Positions 27,244 through 34,899 of a stretch of 34,899 nucleotides of DNA are shown one piece after another. A program made the position numbers and the translations under genes. The DNA is from an uncultured Actinomycetota bacterium. Lineage in GTDB: Bacteria; Actinomycetota; Nitriliruptoria; Nitriliruptorales; JAHWKO01. The notes below the pieces were generated by a model that saw only the letters and a program-made list of their open reading frames with translations, was not told where the DNA came from and ran no database searches. The DNA lies in the NCBI GenBank assembly GCA_964483845.1, contig CAZADJ010000001.1, forward strand, positions 1 through 34,899, in the 5' to 3' direction. Numbering within the stretch: position 1 is the stretch's first letter; each line of letters starts with the position of its first letter.

Positions 27244-27359
27244 CATCGCGGGGGGCGGGAGCGCGCGGACCGCACGATCCGTCTCCGCCGCCGGACCGGG
27301 CGCGGCTCACCGCCGTCGGGTCTCGCCGGGTGAGCTCCGGTGACGTCCGGTCGGTCCGG

Positions 27360-27689
27360 TCAGCTGCGGTCGACCATGAGGAGCCGATCGAACCAGTCCT
27401 CGGTGGCGAGCAGGAGGTGCAGGTCCAGCAGGTCGTCACGGGTGAGCGCGGGACCCGACGGCGGACGCTCGGGGTGCTCGACCGCCGGGCGTCGCAGGTG
27501 GACGCCTGCACGCTGGAGGGCCCGCGCGACCGCCTGGTCGATCGCGCTGCGGAAGCGACGGGCGCAGCTCGGACAGCGGAAGTCGAGGAGGTACCGGTCG
27601 GAGTGCGTGACCGGGGCGATCAGCGAGGTCGCCCGCGGGTCGAGCTCCACCTCGCCGCAGCGAGGACACCGTCCCTGGATGACGCTCAC
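27360..27689 (-). CDS. Hypothetical C4 zinc-ribbon protein (109 aa)
   Basis: GTG 27689 has GGAGGAA 6 nt upstream. The product begins VSVIQGRCPRCGEVELD...FRCPSCARRF (CxxC-x23-CxxC), followed by a helical C-terminus DLLDLHLLLATEDWFDRLL. The longer ORF in the track (to 28142) runs antisense through the repeats and the tRNA. Confidence 0.7.
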   Translation of the reverse strand: MSVIQGRCPRCGEVELDPRATSLIAPVTHSDRYLLDFRCPSCARRFRSAIDQAVARALQRAGVHLRRPAVEHPERPPSGPALTRDDLLDLHLLLATEDWFDRLLMVDRS

Positions 27690-27812
27690 GACGTTCCTCC
27701 GTCGCCCGCTCACCCATCCAGCATCCACCTCGGACCGGCCGCGTCCGTAGGGCGTAGGTCCCGTTCCCGGTGCCACCCACGACCCGTTCCGACCCGGGCG
27801 ACCGCCTCCGAG

Positions 27813-27935
27813 CCGTCGATGGAGTGGCTCAGTGCCGTCTGCGGCACCCACGCACTCCATCGATCCCGGCGGCCACCTCGCGACCCGTCCATGGAGTGGC
27901 TCAGTGCCGTCTGCAGCACCCACGCACTCCATCGA
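27813..27935. repeat. Tandem pair of 51-nt compound-hairpin elements (period 72 nt) in the divergent region between the Zn-ribbon gene and tRNA-Thr
   Basis: 27813-27863 and 27885-27935 are 49/51 identical. Copy 1 has an 11-bp outer stem TCGATGGAGTG/CACTCCATCGA, 5x5 internal loops, an inner 6-bp stem GTGCCG/CGGCAC and an apical tctg. Copy 2 carries one substitution in each stem. Confidence 0.9.
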
Positions 27936-28012
27936 CGCGGCGTCGCATCCCGGGTCGTCCCGGCACGCGCCCCGGCACGCGGCTCGGCGCGTGCGTACCC
28001 TCCGGGGTCGCC

Positions 28013-28018
28013 TACCAT
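28013..28018 (+). promoter_or_regulatory. Candidate -10 hexamer (TACCAT) for tRNA-Thr
   Basis: The TANNNT hexamer ends 10 nt before the mature tRNA 5' end. No clear -35. Motif only. Confidence 0.25.
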
Positions 28019-28028
28019 CGGCGCACAC

Positions 28029-28103
28029 GCCGGAGTAGCTCAGTGGTAGAGCAATCGCCTCGTAAGCGATAGGCCAGGGGTTCGAATCCCCTCTCCGGCT
28101 CCA
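28029..28103 (+). tRNA. tRNA-Thr, anticodon CGU, CCA encoded
   Basis: Hand-folded cloverleaf. Acceptor GCCGGAG/CTCCGGC. D arm GCTC-AGTGGTA-GAGC. Anticodon arm ATCGC-CTCGTAA-GCGAT, with CGT at 28061-28063. Variable loop AGGCC. T arm AGGGG-TTCGAAT-CCCCT. Discriminator T, then CCA. Confidence 0.95.
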
Positions 28104-28126
28104 CGACCCCGGACCCTCCCGGCCCC

Positions 28127-28201
28127 CGCCGGCTCGCGACATCCTCGCTACGCCGGCGTCACCCCGTGTGCGCGGAGCGCGCGCCCTGAACCCGCGCGCG
28201 C
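28127..28201 (+). terminator. Two GC-rich hairpins after tRNA-Thr (possible terminator; no T-tract)
   Basis: The first pairs CGCCGGC(28127-28133)/GCCGGCG(28152-28158) with inner GCGA/TCGC. The second pairs GCGCGCGC(28177-28184)/GCGCGCGC(28194-28201) with a 9-nt loop. Structure only. Confidence 0.25.
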
Positions 28202-28274
28202 CGCTGACGCAACCACGGGCGACCCCTGCGGCGGACCGACCGGCCGTCGTGACCCGGGCGACGGGGAGGACCGG

Positions 28275-28898
28275 ATGCTGCGCACCATCGTCACGGTCGT
28301 CGCGACGACCGCGCTCGCCCTCCTCACGGCCGGCTGCGGCGCGCCGTCCGACGTGCCGGAGGTCACCGCTCCCGGCGACGGGCCGGACACGGCCGGGGCC
28401 ACCGCGGTCCCGTCAGCCGGGACGCACGCCCTCTCCCAGCGCTGCGAGAACCCCCGGGAGGGCTACGCCATCTCCTACCCCCGCGGGTGGCACACCGACC
28501 GGGGTGAGGGGATCATCCCCTGCCGCGCGTTCGACCCGGAGCCCGTCGAGCTCGAGCCGCAGACCGAGATCCCCCTCGACACGGCGGTGATCGTCAGCAC
28601 CTCCGGGGCGGCCTCCCTGGAGGAGCTCGCCGACGAGGACATCGGCGCGACCGACCGGGAGACGGAGCGCACCCGGGTCGCCGGGCACGACGCGATCGTG
28701 GTGGACGCGACCGGCACCGGCGCGGGGATGGTCGGAGAGGGGGTGGCGTTCCGCTCGTACCACATCGACCTCGGCCACCGCATCGTCGTCGCCACCAGCT
28801 TCGACGTCGGCGAGCCCGACCTCGCGTCGAAGCGCGCCGTCCTCGACGAGATGGTGGAGACGATCGAGGTGATCACCGGCGAGGCCGACCGGGGATGA
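28275..28898 (+). CDS. Putative lipoprotein
   Basis: ATG is preceded by GGGGAGGA. The signal peptide ends in lipobox LTAG|C (MLRTIVTVVATTALALLTAGCG). High GC3. It is the only plus-strand CDS. No recognised family. Confidence 0.8.
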   Translation: MLRTIVTVVATTALALLTAGCGAPSDVPEVTAPGDGPDTAGATAVPSAGTHALSQRCENPREGYAISYPRGWHTDRGEGIIPCRAFDPEPVELEPQTEIPLDTAVIVSTSGAASLEELADEDIGATDRETERTRVAGHDAIVVDATGTGAGMVGEGVAFRSYHIDLGHRIVVATSFDVGEPDLASKRAVLDEMVETIEVITGEADRG

Positions 28899-28908
28899 CC
28901 CCCGCCCG

Positions 28909-30096
28909 TCAGCTCTCCACCCGGTAGATCTCGACGCCGAGCCGCAGCAGCATGCGCTCCAGCTGCAGCTCCGGCTGCCCCTGCCGGTCGAGAGCGTCAG
29001 CGGCCTCCCGCACGGCGTCGAGTCCGACCAGCGCGACACGCGCCGGCAACCGCTCGGCGTCGCGACGGATCGCCGCCGCGTGGTCGGCGTTCACGGGTAC
29101 AGCGCCGCACTGGACCGCGACGAGATCGCGCAGGTAGGACGAGATGTCGTCGAGCGCGCGGTGCAGCGAGCGTCGGCGCTCCTCGCGTTGGAGCCGTTCG
29201 AGGCGCTTCTCCACGCGCTTCTTCACCCCGGGGGGCCACTCGCCGCCGAAGGCCTCCTCGAGCCGGTCGAGCTCCTCCTGGTCGCGGGCCCGGCGCACCT
29301 TCACCTGCGCCTTCGCCCATGCGTCGAGCTCCTTGGCGAGGGGCACCGCGATCCCGGGGCCCTCGTCGAGCAGCCGACCGACGACCGCGAGGTGGCGGTC
29401 CCGGGCGGGGGTCGCCTCGAGTTCGTCCTCCTCGGCCGCAGCGGCCGTGAGCACGTCGGTGACGAGGTCCTCGAGCCGTTCGGGGGCCCCGAGCGCAGCG
29501 GACACGAGCGCACCGCGCCGCTCCTCGGGAGCGCCGAGCTGTGCTGCGCGGGCGGCGAGGTGCTCCGGCGTCCACGGCGCGAGGTCGAGGCGACGGCAGC
29601 GCGAGACGATGGTGTCGAGCAGCTCCCCGGGGTCCTCGACGTCGAGGACCCAGACGACCGGTGCCGGGGGCTCCTCCAGCACCTTCAGGAAGGCGTTCTG
29701 GGCGCCCTCGTTCATGCGGTCCGCGGCAGCGATGCGCAGCACGCGCACACGTCCCTCGACGAGGCTCCGGCTCGCCGCGGGGATCCACGCCTCGCGGACG
29801 GCGCCGACGACGTGCTCCGCGCCCTCGGGCTCGAACGTCTGACAGGCGGGGTGCCGGCCGTCGGCGATGCGTCGACACGTCGAGCAGGTGCCGCACGCCA
29901 CGTCCCCCGCTCCGTGCCGCTCGCAGTTGACGTCGGCCGCGAGCGCTGCGACGAGCTCGGCCTGCCCGACGCCGGGGGTGCCGACCAGCATCCAGGCGTG
30001 CGCGACCTCGTCGCGAGCGATCGCCGCACGCAGGATCGCGGTCGCCGCCTCCTGGCCGACCACCCGGTCCCACAGCCCACCGCCGTCAGCCGACAT
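28909..30096 (-). CDS. holB: DNA polymerase III subunit delta' (clamp-loader AAA+)
   Basis: ORF 28909..30231. Motifs HAWMLVGTPGVGQ, Zn module CGTCSTCRRI, NAFLKVLEEPP and TIVSRC are present. ATG 30096 overlaps the tmk end by 11 nt. Confidence 0.9.
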   Translation of the reverse strand: MSADGGGLWDRVVGQEAATAILRAAIARDEVAHAWMLVGTPGVGQAELVAALAADVNCERHGAGDVACGTCSTCRRIADGRHPACQTFEPEGAEHVVGAVREAWIPAASRSLVEGRVRVLRIAAADRMNEGAQNAFLKVLEEPPAPVVWVLDVEDPGELLDTIVSRCRRLDLAPWTPEHLAARAAQLGAPEERRGALVSAALGAPERLEDLVTDVLTAAAAEEDELEATPARDRHLAVVGRLLDEGPGIAVPLAKELDAWAKAQVKVRRARDQEELDRLEEAFGGEWPPGVKKRVEKRLERLQREERRRSLHRALDDISSYLRDLVAVQCGAVPVNADHAAAIRRDAERLPARVALVGLDAVREAADALDRQGQPELQLERMLLRLGVEIYRVES

Positions 30097-32314
30097 CGGG
30101 CCCCGGGACCCCGGTCGGTGGCGCGGGGTGCTGGGTCGTGCCGTCGCTCTCGTCACCGGGAGCGCTCGCGGCGTGCTCGTCCGCGGCCCCGTCCTCGCGG
30201 AGCCGCTCCGCGCTGATGGTGCGCAGCTCACCCGTCTGGAAACCGACCCGGCGGCCGAGCATGTTCAGCACGCGCGCCTTGACGCGCGCATGGATCTCCT
30301 CCGGCGGTCGCGTCGCGTCGATGACGAGGTAGCGCTCCGGCTCCCGTTCCGCCCGCCGACGGAACGCCTCGTTCACCCGCCGGTGGAAGCCGATGCTCTC
30401 CTCTTCGTACCGGTCGCGCTCGTCGCCACGCCCCCGACGCAGCCCCTCCGCCGCCTCCACGTCCAGCAGCACGACGAGATCGGGGGTTAGTCCCTCGGTC
30501 CCCCACCGGTTCAGCTCCACGACCTCGTCCTCGCCGAGCCCGCGGCCGACGCCCTGGTAGACGATCGACGAGTCCACGTAGCGGTCGGTCAGCACCGTCT
30601 CGCCGTCCTCCAGCGCCGGACGGATCACCTCCTCGACGTGCCGTGAGCGCACGGCGGCGTGCAGCAGCGCCTCGGTGCGAGCATCGAGCTCCTGGTCCGG
30701 GTCGAGGAGGAGCCGGCGGATGCGCTCGCCCACGTCGGTGCCCCCCGGCTCCCGCGTCACCCGCACGGGGATGTGGTGCGCCTCGAGGGCCTCGCGGAGC
30801 AGGTCGATCTGGGTCGACTTGCCGGCCCCCTCGCCGCCCTCGAAGGCGACGAACAACCCCCAACGACCGTCGCCGAGCACCGTCGTCGCGTCGGCGATGT
30901 CGTCGATCGTGACCGGTCGGCCCGAGCCGATGTCGTGCATCTGGAAACCGGTCCAGATCGCGCCGGCGACGGCGACCAGTCCGCCGACGATCATCGTGAG
31001 GCGGACCCCCCCGACGACGTAGCGGTCCGCGCCGATCGGCTCCTGCCCGATGACCCCGACGGCGAACGGCGCGGCCACCAGCGCCAGGAACAGCGCGGCG
31101 CGCACCCCGGTGTGGAAGGCAGCGAAGGCGCGACCACGGACCTCGTCGGTCGCCTCCTCCTGCAGCAGGGTGTAGCCGGAGACGAACGCGACGCCGGCGC
31201 CCACCCCCATGAAGAGCGCCAGGACCGCCGCGAGCTCCGCGCGGGGCATCAGCGCGACGACGCTCGCCGCGGCTCCGCCGAGCGCGACGCCGGGGGCGAA
31301 CAGCCGCTCCTTGCCGTAGCGCTCGGACAGACCCGCGGCGGCGACGAGCCCGCCGGCCATGCCGACACCGGTCGCGGCCACCAGCAGACCCCACCCGGTC
31401 TGGCCCGCGCCGACCACCGAGACGTACAGCTTCCCGACCGCGAACAGCACCCCCGCGGCGAACGCCGCGGCCATCACCCCGACGACCAGCGCCCGGATCT
31501 TCGGGTGGCTGACGACGAACTGGATGCCCTCCTTCAGCTGGTCCCAGGCACCGGCCGCCCCACCGACGCTCCCGACGCGCGCCGCCTTCACCCGCCGGGG
31601 CACGGTCAGGCCGAGCAGAAGGGTCGCCGAGGCGAAGAAGGTGAGGGCGTTCACGAGGATGGCGAGCATCTCCGCCTGCTCCGCGAACACGTCACCGAGG
31701 AACGTGGTCGCGAACCCGGTGAACAGCGCGTACAGGATGCCGCCGATCGGCAGCGTCCCGTAGGTGACGAACAGGGTGAGCTGGTTGGCCTGGACCAGCT
31801 GGTCGCGGTCGACGATGTTCGGGATGGTCGCGTCCCGGGCGGGCGCGAACAGCATCGACAGCATCTCGATGAACATGGTGAGGAAGAACAGCTCCAGGAA
31901 GCTGCCGGAGAAGGCGAGCACCGCCATCAGCACGCCGCGGCCGGTGTCGACCCAGATCATCACCCGGCGGCGATCCCATCGGTCGACGAAGACACCGGCG
32001 ACCGGGCCGAGCACGAGGGTCGGCAGCACCCGGGCGACCATCACCCCGGAGACCGCGAACGCCGCGGCTCGGGTGCCCTCGCCGAGCAGCGTCTCGGTCA
32101 GGGCGATGATGGCGAGCACACCGATCCAGTCGCCGAGGCTGGAGGTGAGCATCGCGAGGAACAGCCGCCGGAAGCTCTTGTCGCGCAGCAGGTCCCGGTA
32201 GACGTCGATGCGCTCGACGAAGCTGGCCGTCCGGACGGCGCTCGTCGCGCCGGTCCCACCGGCCTCACCGTCCCCGTCGCCGGGGGGCTCGTCGTCACGC
32301 GTCACGTCGGCCAC
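30086..32314 (-). CDS. tmk: Fusion protein: N-terminal MFS-type polytopic membrane domain + C-terminal thymidylate (dTMP) kinase
   Basis: Residues ~45-460 carry multiple TM helices, with an MFS-like DRWDRRR loop after TM2. Residues ~485-690 are Tmk: P-loop FEGGEGAGKSTQ, then REPGGT, DRYVDSS and the LID GRGDERDRYE. It is a single uninterrupted ORF. GTG at 32314. Confidence 0.88.
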   Translation of the reverse strand: MADVTRDDEPPGDGDGEAGGTGATSAVRTASFVERIDVYRDLLRDKSFRRLFLAMLTSSLGDWIGVLAIIALTETLLGEGTRAAAFAVSGVMVARVLPTLVLGPVAGVFVDRWDRRRVMIWVDTGRGVLMAVLAFSGSFLELFFLTMFIEMLSMLFAPARDATIPNIVDRDQLVQANQLTLFVTYGTLPIGGILYALFTGFATTFLGDVFAEQAEMLAILVNALTFFASATLLLGLTVPRRVKAARVGSVGGAAGAWDQLKEGIQFVVSHPKIRALVVGVMAAAFAAGVLFAVGKLYVSVVGAGQTGWGLLVAATGVGMAGGLVAAAGLSERYGKERLFAPGVALGGAAASVVALMPRAELAAVLALFMGVGAGVAFVSGYTLLQEEATDEVRGRAFAAFHTGVRAALFLALVAAPFAVGVIGQEPIGADRYVVGGVRLTMIVGGLVAVAGAIWTGFQMHDIGSGRPVTIDDIADATTVLGDGRWGLFVAFEGGEGAGKSTQIDLLREALEAHHIPVRVTREPGGTDVGERIRRLLLDPDQELDARTEALLHAAVRSRHVEEVIRPALEDGETVLTDRYVDSSIVYQGVGRGLGEDEVVELNRWGTEGLTPDLVVLLDVEAAEGLRRGRGDERDRYEEESIGFHRRVNEAFRRRAEREPERYLVIDATRPPEEIHARVKARVLNMLGRRVGFQTGELRTISAERLREDGAADEHAASAPGDESDGTTQHPAPPTGVPGPDVG

Positions 32315-32341
32315 CGCTCGATCGTAACCGCCGGCCCCCGG

Positions 32342-34861
32342 TCAGCTCGCCGCGCGAGCGCTCCCGGCCGTCTCCCCGTCGGCGTCCCCGCCCTCGTGAT
32401 CGCCGTCGGCGACGTCGTCCCACAGGGGCCCCTCGTAGCCGGGAAGGTGCGGATCGAGGCCCTCGACGCCGGTGACGGCCGGCACCGTCACCACGCGTGG
32501 CGGGTCGAACTCGCCGACGTCGAACTTGTGCGCCTCCTCCGGGTTCGCGCAGGTCGCGATCGGCTGCTTGCGGTTCTTCGGCGGTGCCTTCATCGGCGCG
32601 CCGCACTCGGGGCACGGTTGACGCAGCGGGACGGTCCAGATGGCGAAGTCGCAGTCCGGGTAGCGCGAGCAGCCGACGAACGGCTTGCCGTATCGGCTGC
32701 GGCGCTGGTCGAGCCGACCCTCCCCGCACTTCGGACAGTCGAACGGCGTGCGGGCGGCGATGTTCACGATCCCCTTGCACTTCGGGTAGTCGGGGCAGCC
32801 GTAGAACTCCCCGAACTTGCCCGTGCGACGCAGCATCGCGTTCCCACAGTCCGGGCAGGTCACCCGCGGGTCGGGTTCCGGCTCGGGCTCGGGGTCGGTG
32901 ACCCGTCCCTCGGCGTCCAGGGGCAGGGTGCCCTCGCAGTCCGGCCACTGGCTGCACGAGGCGAACCACTGGCGGGTCTTGCCCGAGAACACCTTCTCCA
33001 TCGGCTCGCCGCACTCGGGACAGTCCGCCGGCGGGACCAGCGGCAGTCGGGGGCGCTCCGGCTTGCGCTCGGCGACCCAGTCGTCGACCTCGGCCAGGAA
33101 GTCCCGGACGGTGCGCTGCCAGTCCTCCTCGCCGGCCGCGATCTGGTCGAGCACCTCCTCCATCCGCGCGGTGAACCCGACGTCGACCACCTCGGAGAAG
33201 TGCGACTTCAGGAACGCGGTGACGACCTCGCCGAGCGGGGTCGGGTGGAAGCGCTTGCGCTCGAGGCGGACGTACTCCCGCGAGACGATCGTCGAGATGA
33301 TCGACGCGTAGGTCGACGGACGCCCGATCCCCTCGGCCTCGAGGGTCTTGACCAGCGTCGCCTCCGAGTAGCGGGGCGGCGGCTGTGTGAAGTGCTGGTT
33401 CGCGACCAGGTCCGCGAGGCTGAGGACCTGGCCCTCCTCGAGGTCGGGGAGCTCGTCGACCGCAGCGTCCTCGTCCTCCTCGTCGTCGTCACGTCCCTCG
33501 AGGTACACGGCGATGAACCCCGGGAAGCGCATCACCTGGCCGGTCGCCCGGAAGGTGATCGCCGTGCCGTCCTCCTCCTCACCGACGACGTCGGCCGACA
33601 GCCGGTCGAAGACGGCTGGCGCCATCTGCGTCGCGACCGCGCGCTTCCAGATGAGCTCGTACAGCCGGTGCTGGTCGCGATCGAGGTGGCGGCGGACCGC
33701 GTCGGGGGTGCGCCGGGCGGAGGTCGGACGGATCGCCTCGTGCGCCTCCTGGGCGCGCTTCTGCTTGCCGCGGTAGCGGCGCGGCTTCTCGAGCCCGTAC
33801 TCGGCACCGAAGCGCTCGGCCACCAGTGCGTTCAGCTCCTTCAGGGCCTGGTCGGCGACGTTCACCGAGTCCGTGCGCATGTAGGTGATGAGCCCGGTCT
33901 GCCCCTGGCTGCCGAGCGACACCCCCTCGTAGAGCTGCTGGGCGAGGGTCATCGTCTTGCGCGCCGAGAAGCCGAGCTTGCGCGCCGCCTCCTGTTGCAG
34001 GGTCGAGGTGGTGAACGGCGGGGCCGGGTTGCGCTTGCGCTGGCTGCGCTCGACCTCGGCGACCACGTAGCGGTCGATCGCCTCGCACCGGGCGGCGATC
34101 GACCCGGCCGCGTCCTCGTCGCCGACGAGCAGGAGGTCGTCGGCGTCGACGCGGTCGGAGGACTCAGCGCGCTCGAGATCACGCGGGGTCGCGAGCCGAC
34201 GCTCGCCGACCGCGTACAGCCCGGCCTCCGTGCTCGGCGCGTCGTCGTCGTCGACGAGGTCGAAGGTGCCGTCGAAGCTCCAGTACTCGGTCGCCTCGAA
34301 AGCTCGGATCTCGTCCTCGCGGTCCACGATGAGCCGGAGCGCGACCGACTGGACCCGCCCGGCGGAGATCCCGGAGGACACCGTGCGCCACAGCACCGGG
34401 GACAGCCGGTACCCGACGATGCGGTCGACCGCGCGGCGGGCCTGCTGCGCGTCCACGAGGTCGCGGTTCACCGAGCGCGGCTCGTCGAAGGCGGCGCGTA
34501 TCGCGTCGGCGGTGATCTCGTCGAAGACGACCCGGTTGTCCCGGTCGAGGTCGAGGCCGAGCAGCTCCGCGACGTGCCACGCGATCGCCTCGCCCTCGCG
34601 GTCGAGGTCGAGCGCCAGCCACACCCGCTCGGCGCCCTTGGCGGTGCGCTTCAGGGTGGCGACGTGCTTCTGGGAGCCCTTCGGCACCTCGTACTCGAGG
34701 TCGACCCCGCCGTTGACGTGGATGGCGAAGTCCGACCGGGGCAGGTCACGGACGTGCCCGTACGAGGCGACCACCCGGTAGCCCTCGCCGAGGTAGGCCT
34801 CGATGGTCTTCGCCTTCGCCGGTGACTCGACGATGACGACGTCGGTGGCTGCGTCCCCCAT
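32342..34861 (-). CDS. topA: DNA topoisomerase I (type IA) with a C-terminal Cys4 zinc-ribbon domain
   Basis: TOPRIM N-terminus VVIVESPAKAKTIEAYLG. Active-site Tyr block ITYMRTDS. The C-terminus carries three complete CxxC...CxxxxxC ribbons plus one degenerate copy. ATG at 34861. 839 aa. Confidence 0.96.
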   Translation of the reverse strand: MGDAATDVVIVESPAKAKTIEAYLGEGYRVVASYGHVRDLPRSDFAIHVNGGVDLEYEVPKGSQKHVATLKRTAKGAERVWLALDLDREGEAIAWHVAELLGLDLDRDNRVVFDEITADAIRAAFDEPRSVNRDLVDAQQARRAVDRIVGYRLSPVLWRTVSSGISAGRVQSVALRLIVDREDEIRAFEATEYWSFDGTFDLVDDDDAPSTEAGLYAVGERRLATPRDLERAESSDRVDADDLLLVGDEDAAGSIAARCEAIDRYVVAEVERSQRKRNPAPPFTTSTLQQEAARKLGFSARKTMTLAQQLYEGVSLGSQGQTGLITYMRTDSVNVADQALKELNALVAERFGAEYGLEKPRRYRGKQKRAQEAHEAIRPTSARRTPDAVRRHLDRDQHRLYELIWKRAVATQMAPAVFDRLSADVVGEEEDGTAITFRATGQVMRFPGFIAVYLEGRDDDEEDEDAAVDELPDLEEGQVLSLADLVANQHFTQPPPRYSEATLVKTLEAEGIGRPSTYASIISTIVSREYVRLERKRFHPTPLGEVVTAFLKSHFSEVVDVGFTARMEEVLDQIAAGEEDWQRTVRDFLAEVDDWVAERKPERPRLPLVPPADCPECGEPMEKVFSGKTRQWFASCSQWPDCEGTLPLDAEGRVTDPEPEPEPDPRVTCPDCGNAMLRRTGKFGEFYGCPDYPKCKGIVNIAARTPFDCPKCGEGRLDQRRSRYGKPFVGCSRYPDCDFAIWTVPLRQPCPECGAPMKAPPKNRKQPIATCANPEEAHKFDVGEFDPPRVVTVPAVTGVEGLDPHLPGYEGPLWDDVADGDHEGGDADGETAGSARAAS

Positions 34862-34899
34862 GTCGGTCGCTCTTCTCCTCGTGGCGTGCTCGTGGGCGT

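Noticed and set aside
27139-27359. Purine riboswitch upstream of the purine permease
   Set aside because: I looked for the conserved guanine/adenine aptamer core, a three-way junction with U-rich loops. The region contains only GC-rich stems and shows no resemblance. An Rfam scan would be needed to be certain.
27690-28142. Upstream part of the 260-aa minus-strand ORF 27360..28142
   Set aside because: It runs antisense through tRNA-Thr and both hairpin repeats (repeat-derived peptide WSAWV.QTALSHS). A strong SD plus GTG at 27689 defines a compact 109-aa Zn-ribbon protein.
28104-28274. Genomic island or integrated element at tRNA-Thr
   Set aside because: There is no integrase, no direct repeat of the tRNA 3' end downstream, and no composition shift. 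The flanking genes (lipoprotein, holB) look native.
30659-34825. 1388-aa plus-strand ORF
   Set aside because: It is antisense to the MFS-tmk fusion and topA. It is a shadow ORF with Arg/Asp/Gly/Val-rich, low-information sequence.

Overview
Very GC-rich, gene-dense chromosomal core segment of an actinobacterium (Actinomycetota). Third codon positions in the called genes are almost always G/C. I call 31 protein genes and one tRNA. Everything is on the minus strand except tRNA-Thr(CGU) and one lipoprotein gene. The gene order matches, from memory, the conserved housekeeping block of Mycobacterium tuberculosis Rv3583c-Rv3646c and Streptomyces. In minus-strand transcription order it runs topA, MFS-tmk fusion, holB, then (plus-strand lipoprotein gene and tRNA-Thr), Zn-ribbon protein, purine permease, add, DUF2203, FkbM methyltransferase, two membrane proteins, Zn-metalloprotease, tilS, hpt, ftsH, folE, folP, folB, folK, DUF2520, HDAC-like, panC, panD, nadC, coaX, lysS, clpC, mutY, membrane protein, disA, carD. 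Many junctions are 4-nt GTGA or 1-nt TGATG stop/start overlaps, which implies long translationally coupled operons. I found no transposase, integrase, CRISPR array, toxin-antitoxin pair or recognisable defence genes, and I cannot honestly point to a convincing new multi-gene system. The unusual items are these. (1) Two unrelated intergenic loci each carry a tandemly duplicated ~50-nt compound hairpin with a 72-73-nt period: 18499-18621 and 27813-27935. (2) A seven-unit 12-13-nt direct-repeat array sits directly upstream of clpC, in an ORF-free gap where lsr2 normally lies. (3) An intact HDAC-family amidohydrolase is translationally coupled inside the pantothenate/folate operon. (4) FolP has a ~110-aa N-terminal extension and FolK a low-complexity tail. 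(5) There is an MFS-thymidylate kinase fusion. (6) TopA carries Cys4 zinc ribbons, which is atypical for Actinomycetia. (7) The metalloprotease gene shows coding signal upstream of any canonical start codon. All family assignments come from motif recognition by eye; no database search was run.
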